Part shown: positions 61,633-64,000 of the stretch, in pieces | How positions within the stretch are numbered: position 1 is the stretch's first letter | Layout: each line of letters starts with the position of its first letter | Assembly: GCF_963921235.1 (NCBI RefSeq) | Contig: NC_086108.1 | Coordinates: 43,588,001-43,652,000, forward strand | Length of the DNA: 64,000 bases | Source: Mobula hypostoma | Lineage: Eukaryota | Direction of reading: 5' to 3' | The notes under the pieces: generated by a model | Told to the model about the DNA's origin: nothing | The model's input: only the letters and a program-made list of their open reading frames with translations | Databases searched by the model: none | Made by a program: the position numbers and the translations under genes

Positions 61633-62878
61633 CTGGAGCGAGAGGAGAAACAGAGGGAAAGGGAATTCGAGCTGGAGAAGTTAAAGATAAGGGCAGAGCA
61701 GGGGCTCGTGCCGAACCAAGGTGGAGGGTTCCGGGCGACCCAGGAGGTTAGGCTGGTTCCCCCATTTGACAATACCGACGTGGATCGGTACTTTCTCCAT
61801 TTCAAAAAAGTTGCTATAAGTCAGGACTGGCCGAGGGATAAGTGGGTTGTTTTGCTTCAGAGTGTACTGAAAGGGAAAGCCCAAGAAGCTTACTCAGCTT
61901 TGTCCGCGGAAGATGCCCAGAGGTATGAGGTGGTGAAAGAGGCCATCCTCAGGATTTATGAGTTGGTCCCGGAGGCATACCGGCAGAGGTTCCGGAATGC
62001 GAGGAAGCAGTGGGACCGCACGTATTTAGAGTTTGCCCGTGAGATGCAGACATATTGTGAGCGTTGGTGCGCCTCGAAGGGGGTAGAGGGGGATTATGAC
62101 AGACTGCTACAGCTGATCCTGATTGAACAGTTTAAAGGTTGTGTCCCTGAGGGTATGAGACCCTACCTAGATGAGAAAGAGGCAGCCACGTTAGCCGCAA
62201 CTGCTAAGTTAGCGGATGAATATGCGTTGATGCATAAAATGAAGTTTTCCCCGAGTAAAGGCTACCAGAAGGGTAGTCAGGACGGCGGGGAAAGCCCGCC
62301 GGAAAAGTCAGAAAGTAAGCCGGGGACTAGTGAGAAGGATAAGGTAGACTGGGAGCAGTCTGGTAGGAAGTCTCCTGGGGTCGTCTGTTATAATTGCGGG
62401 AAAGTCAGACACTTTGCGTCCAGGTGCTTTGCCCCAAAGAAGGAGACGGGAAAAGGAAAAACGGCGATTTTGACTGGCTGTATCGAGCTGGTAAACGAAC
62501 CGCTAGGGAAGGACAGGTCTGCCAAAGTTCAGGAAGGGCGCGAGAAGTTTATCTCGGCCGGATTGGTGTCAGTGAAGGAGGGGTTAAAACCAGTTCCAGT
62601 CCGGATCTGGAGAGACACGGGAGCGTGTCAGTCACTAATACTGAAGAGTGTATTAGAGTTTAGCTCAGAGACCCAGACTGGGGAGTTCAAGGTCAAAAGG
62701 TATTGGAGAAGGGACAGAGACAGTCCCTTTGCACCAGGTACACTTACAAAGTAACCTGGTCTCTGGATTAGTCACAATCGGGGTGAGGTCCGAATTACCG
62801 ATGAAAGACGTGGAAGTCTTGCTCGGTAATGACGTCGCCGGGGGAATCGTGTTCCCAGCCGTGAGATTGACAGGTCAG
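61284..62878 (+). pseudogene. Gmr1-like Gypsy gag (SCAN-like capsid, CCHC knuckle) and protease, two frameshifts
   Basis: EAYRQRFR...LILIEQF...LADEY, CYNCGKVRHFASRC, RDTGA and LLGND. Confidence 0.85.
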
Positions 62879-64000
62879 CATCATCCTATTAAAAGGAAAA
62901 AAGTTTTTAAAGTGTTCCGGAGACTTAAAGCACAAATTTTATTTTTACAAGAGACCCATGTACGGAGGGGGGACAGACTACGTTTTTTCAAATTCTGGAA
63001 GGGACAACAATTTCATTCGAACTCCAATGCTAAGATTCGAGGCGTCTCTATTTTTATAGACTCCTCAGTTACTTTTATACAACAGGATATTATCTCTGAT
63101 CCGAATGGTAGATTTTTATTGGTTAGTGGTTTACTATTTAATAAAAAAGTAGTTTTGGTTAATGTTTATGCTCCTAATATGGATTGTCCGGAATTTTATA
63201 AATCATTGTTTGATCAGTTTCCGAATTTGAACGAGTTTTCATTGATTTGGGGCGGAGATCTTAATACCTGTTTATCTCCAGCTTTGGACCGTTCGGCTCC
63301 TTTACGGACTTTACCTAATAAATCTGCAAATTTGATTAATTTTTTCCTTTCTGATTCTGGGTCGACGGACATTTGGCGTTTTCTGCATCCTCAGGAAAAA
63401 GATTTTTCCTTCTTTTCACATGTTCATCATTCCTATTCAAGAATTGATTATTTTTTCATTGATTCTCGTCTCATTCCTTCAGTGATTAAATGTGATTATG
63501 ATTCTATAACCATTTCGGATCATGCTCCACTTAAGCTTTCTATTAAAATTATGGCCAATATACCAAACAATAGACAATGGCGTTTTAATTCGCTGTTGCT
63601 TCAGGACTCGGACTTTGTTAATTTTATGAATGAACAGATTGAGCTTTTTTTTACAATTAACCATACAGAAGATATTTCGGTTAACACTCTTTGGGACACT
63701 TTTAAAGCCTATATTCGGGGTCAGATTATTTCGTATTCCGTTGCTTTGAGGAAGAAACAGAAGCAGGAGGAGATGGCAATTGTGGACAAGATTAAAGAAA
63801 TTGATAAGAAATATGTTATGGCTCCTTCTGAGGAGCTATACAAACAAAGAACTGAACTTCAAATGGAACACAGTTTACTACTCTCGTCCTCGATTGTAAA
63901 CCAATTAAAGAAAACAAGAAGTGATTTTTATGTTCACAGTGATAAAATTGGCAAGCTGCTGGCTAATCAATTGAAATCTAATTATGTTAAATCTCAAATC
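62879..64000 (+). mobile_element. L1-clade LINE ORF2 (APE endonuclease), 5'-truncated and open to the window end
   Basis: HPIKRKKV...FLQETH...DPNGRF...NVYAPN...GGDLN...YSRIDYF...SDH...WRFN with no stop. Confidence 0.88.

Noticed and set aside
61708..62754. Host ZSCAN transcription factor
   Set aside because: LTR, PBS, CCHC knuckle and protease motifs show a Gypsy gag, and there are no C2H2 fingers.
1..64000. Prokaryotic systems (CRISPR arrays, operons, defence islands)
   Set aside because: The window has spliceosomal introns and vertebrate transposons, and no regularly spaced repeat-spacer array.

Overview
Repeat-dense vertebrate genomic DNA, most likely from a cartilaginous fish such as a ray. 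This is inferred from the dominance of CR1 LINEs, a V-SINE/HE1-like SINE and Penelope-like termini. One host gene can be rebuilt by hand: a VCAM1-like Ig-superfamily adhesion gene on the + strand. It has 8 coding exons (26187-33744), all GT-AG phase-1 introns, 1851 nt and 616 aa, with tandem NF-kB sites and a TATA box upstream. Its domain order (D1-D2-[D3/6-D7]x2-TM) comes from a tandem duplication of the two membrane-proximal Ig exons, and a seventh Ig exon carrying an in-frame TAG lies just before the TM exon. The rest is mostly nested transposable elements: CR1, Penelope-like elements whose termini carry a minimal hammerhead motif, Rex/Babar, L2, L1, BEL/Pao, a SCAN-gag Gypsy, solo LTRs, hAT, Tigger/pogo-like and Tc1-like pieces. 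Three weak candidate exons of an unidentified minus-strand gene lie at 52.6-55.8 kb. All homology calls come from recognising motifs by eye; no searches were run, and repeat boundaries without a TSD are approximate.
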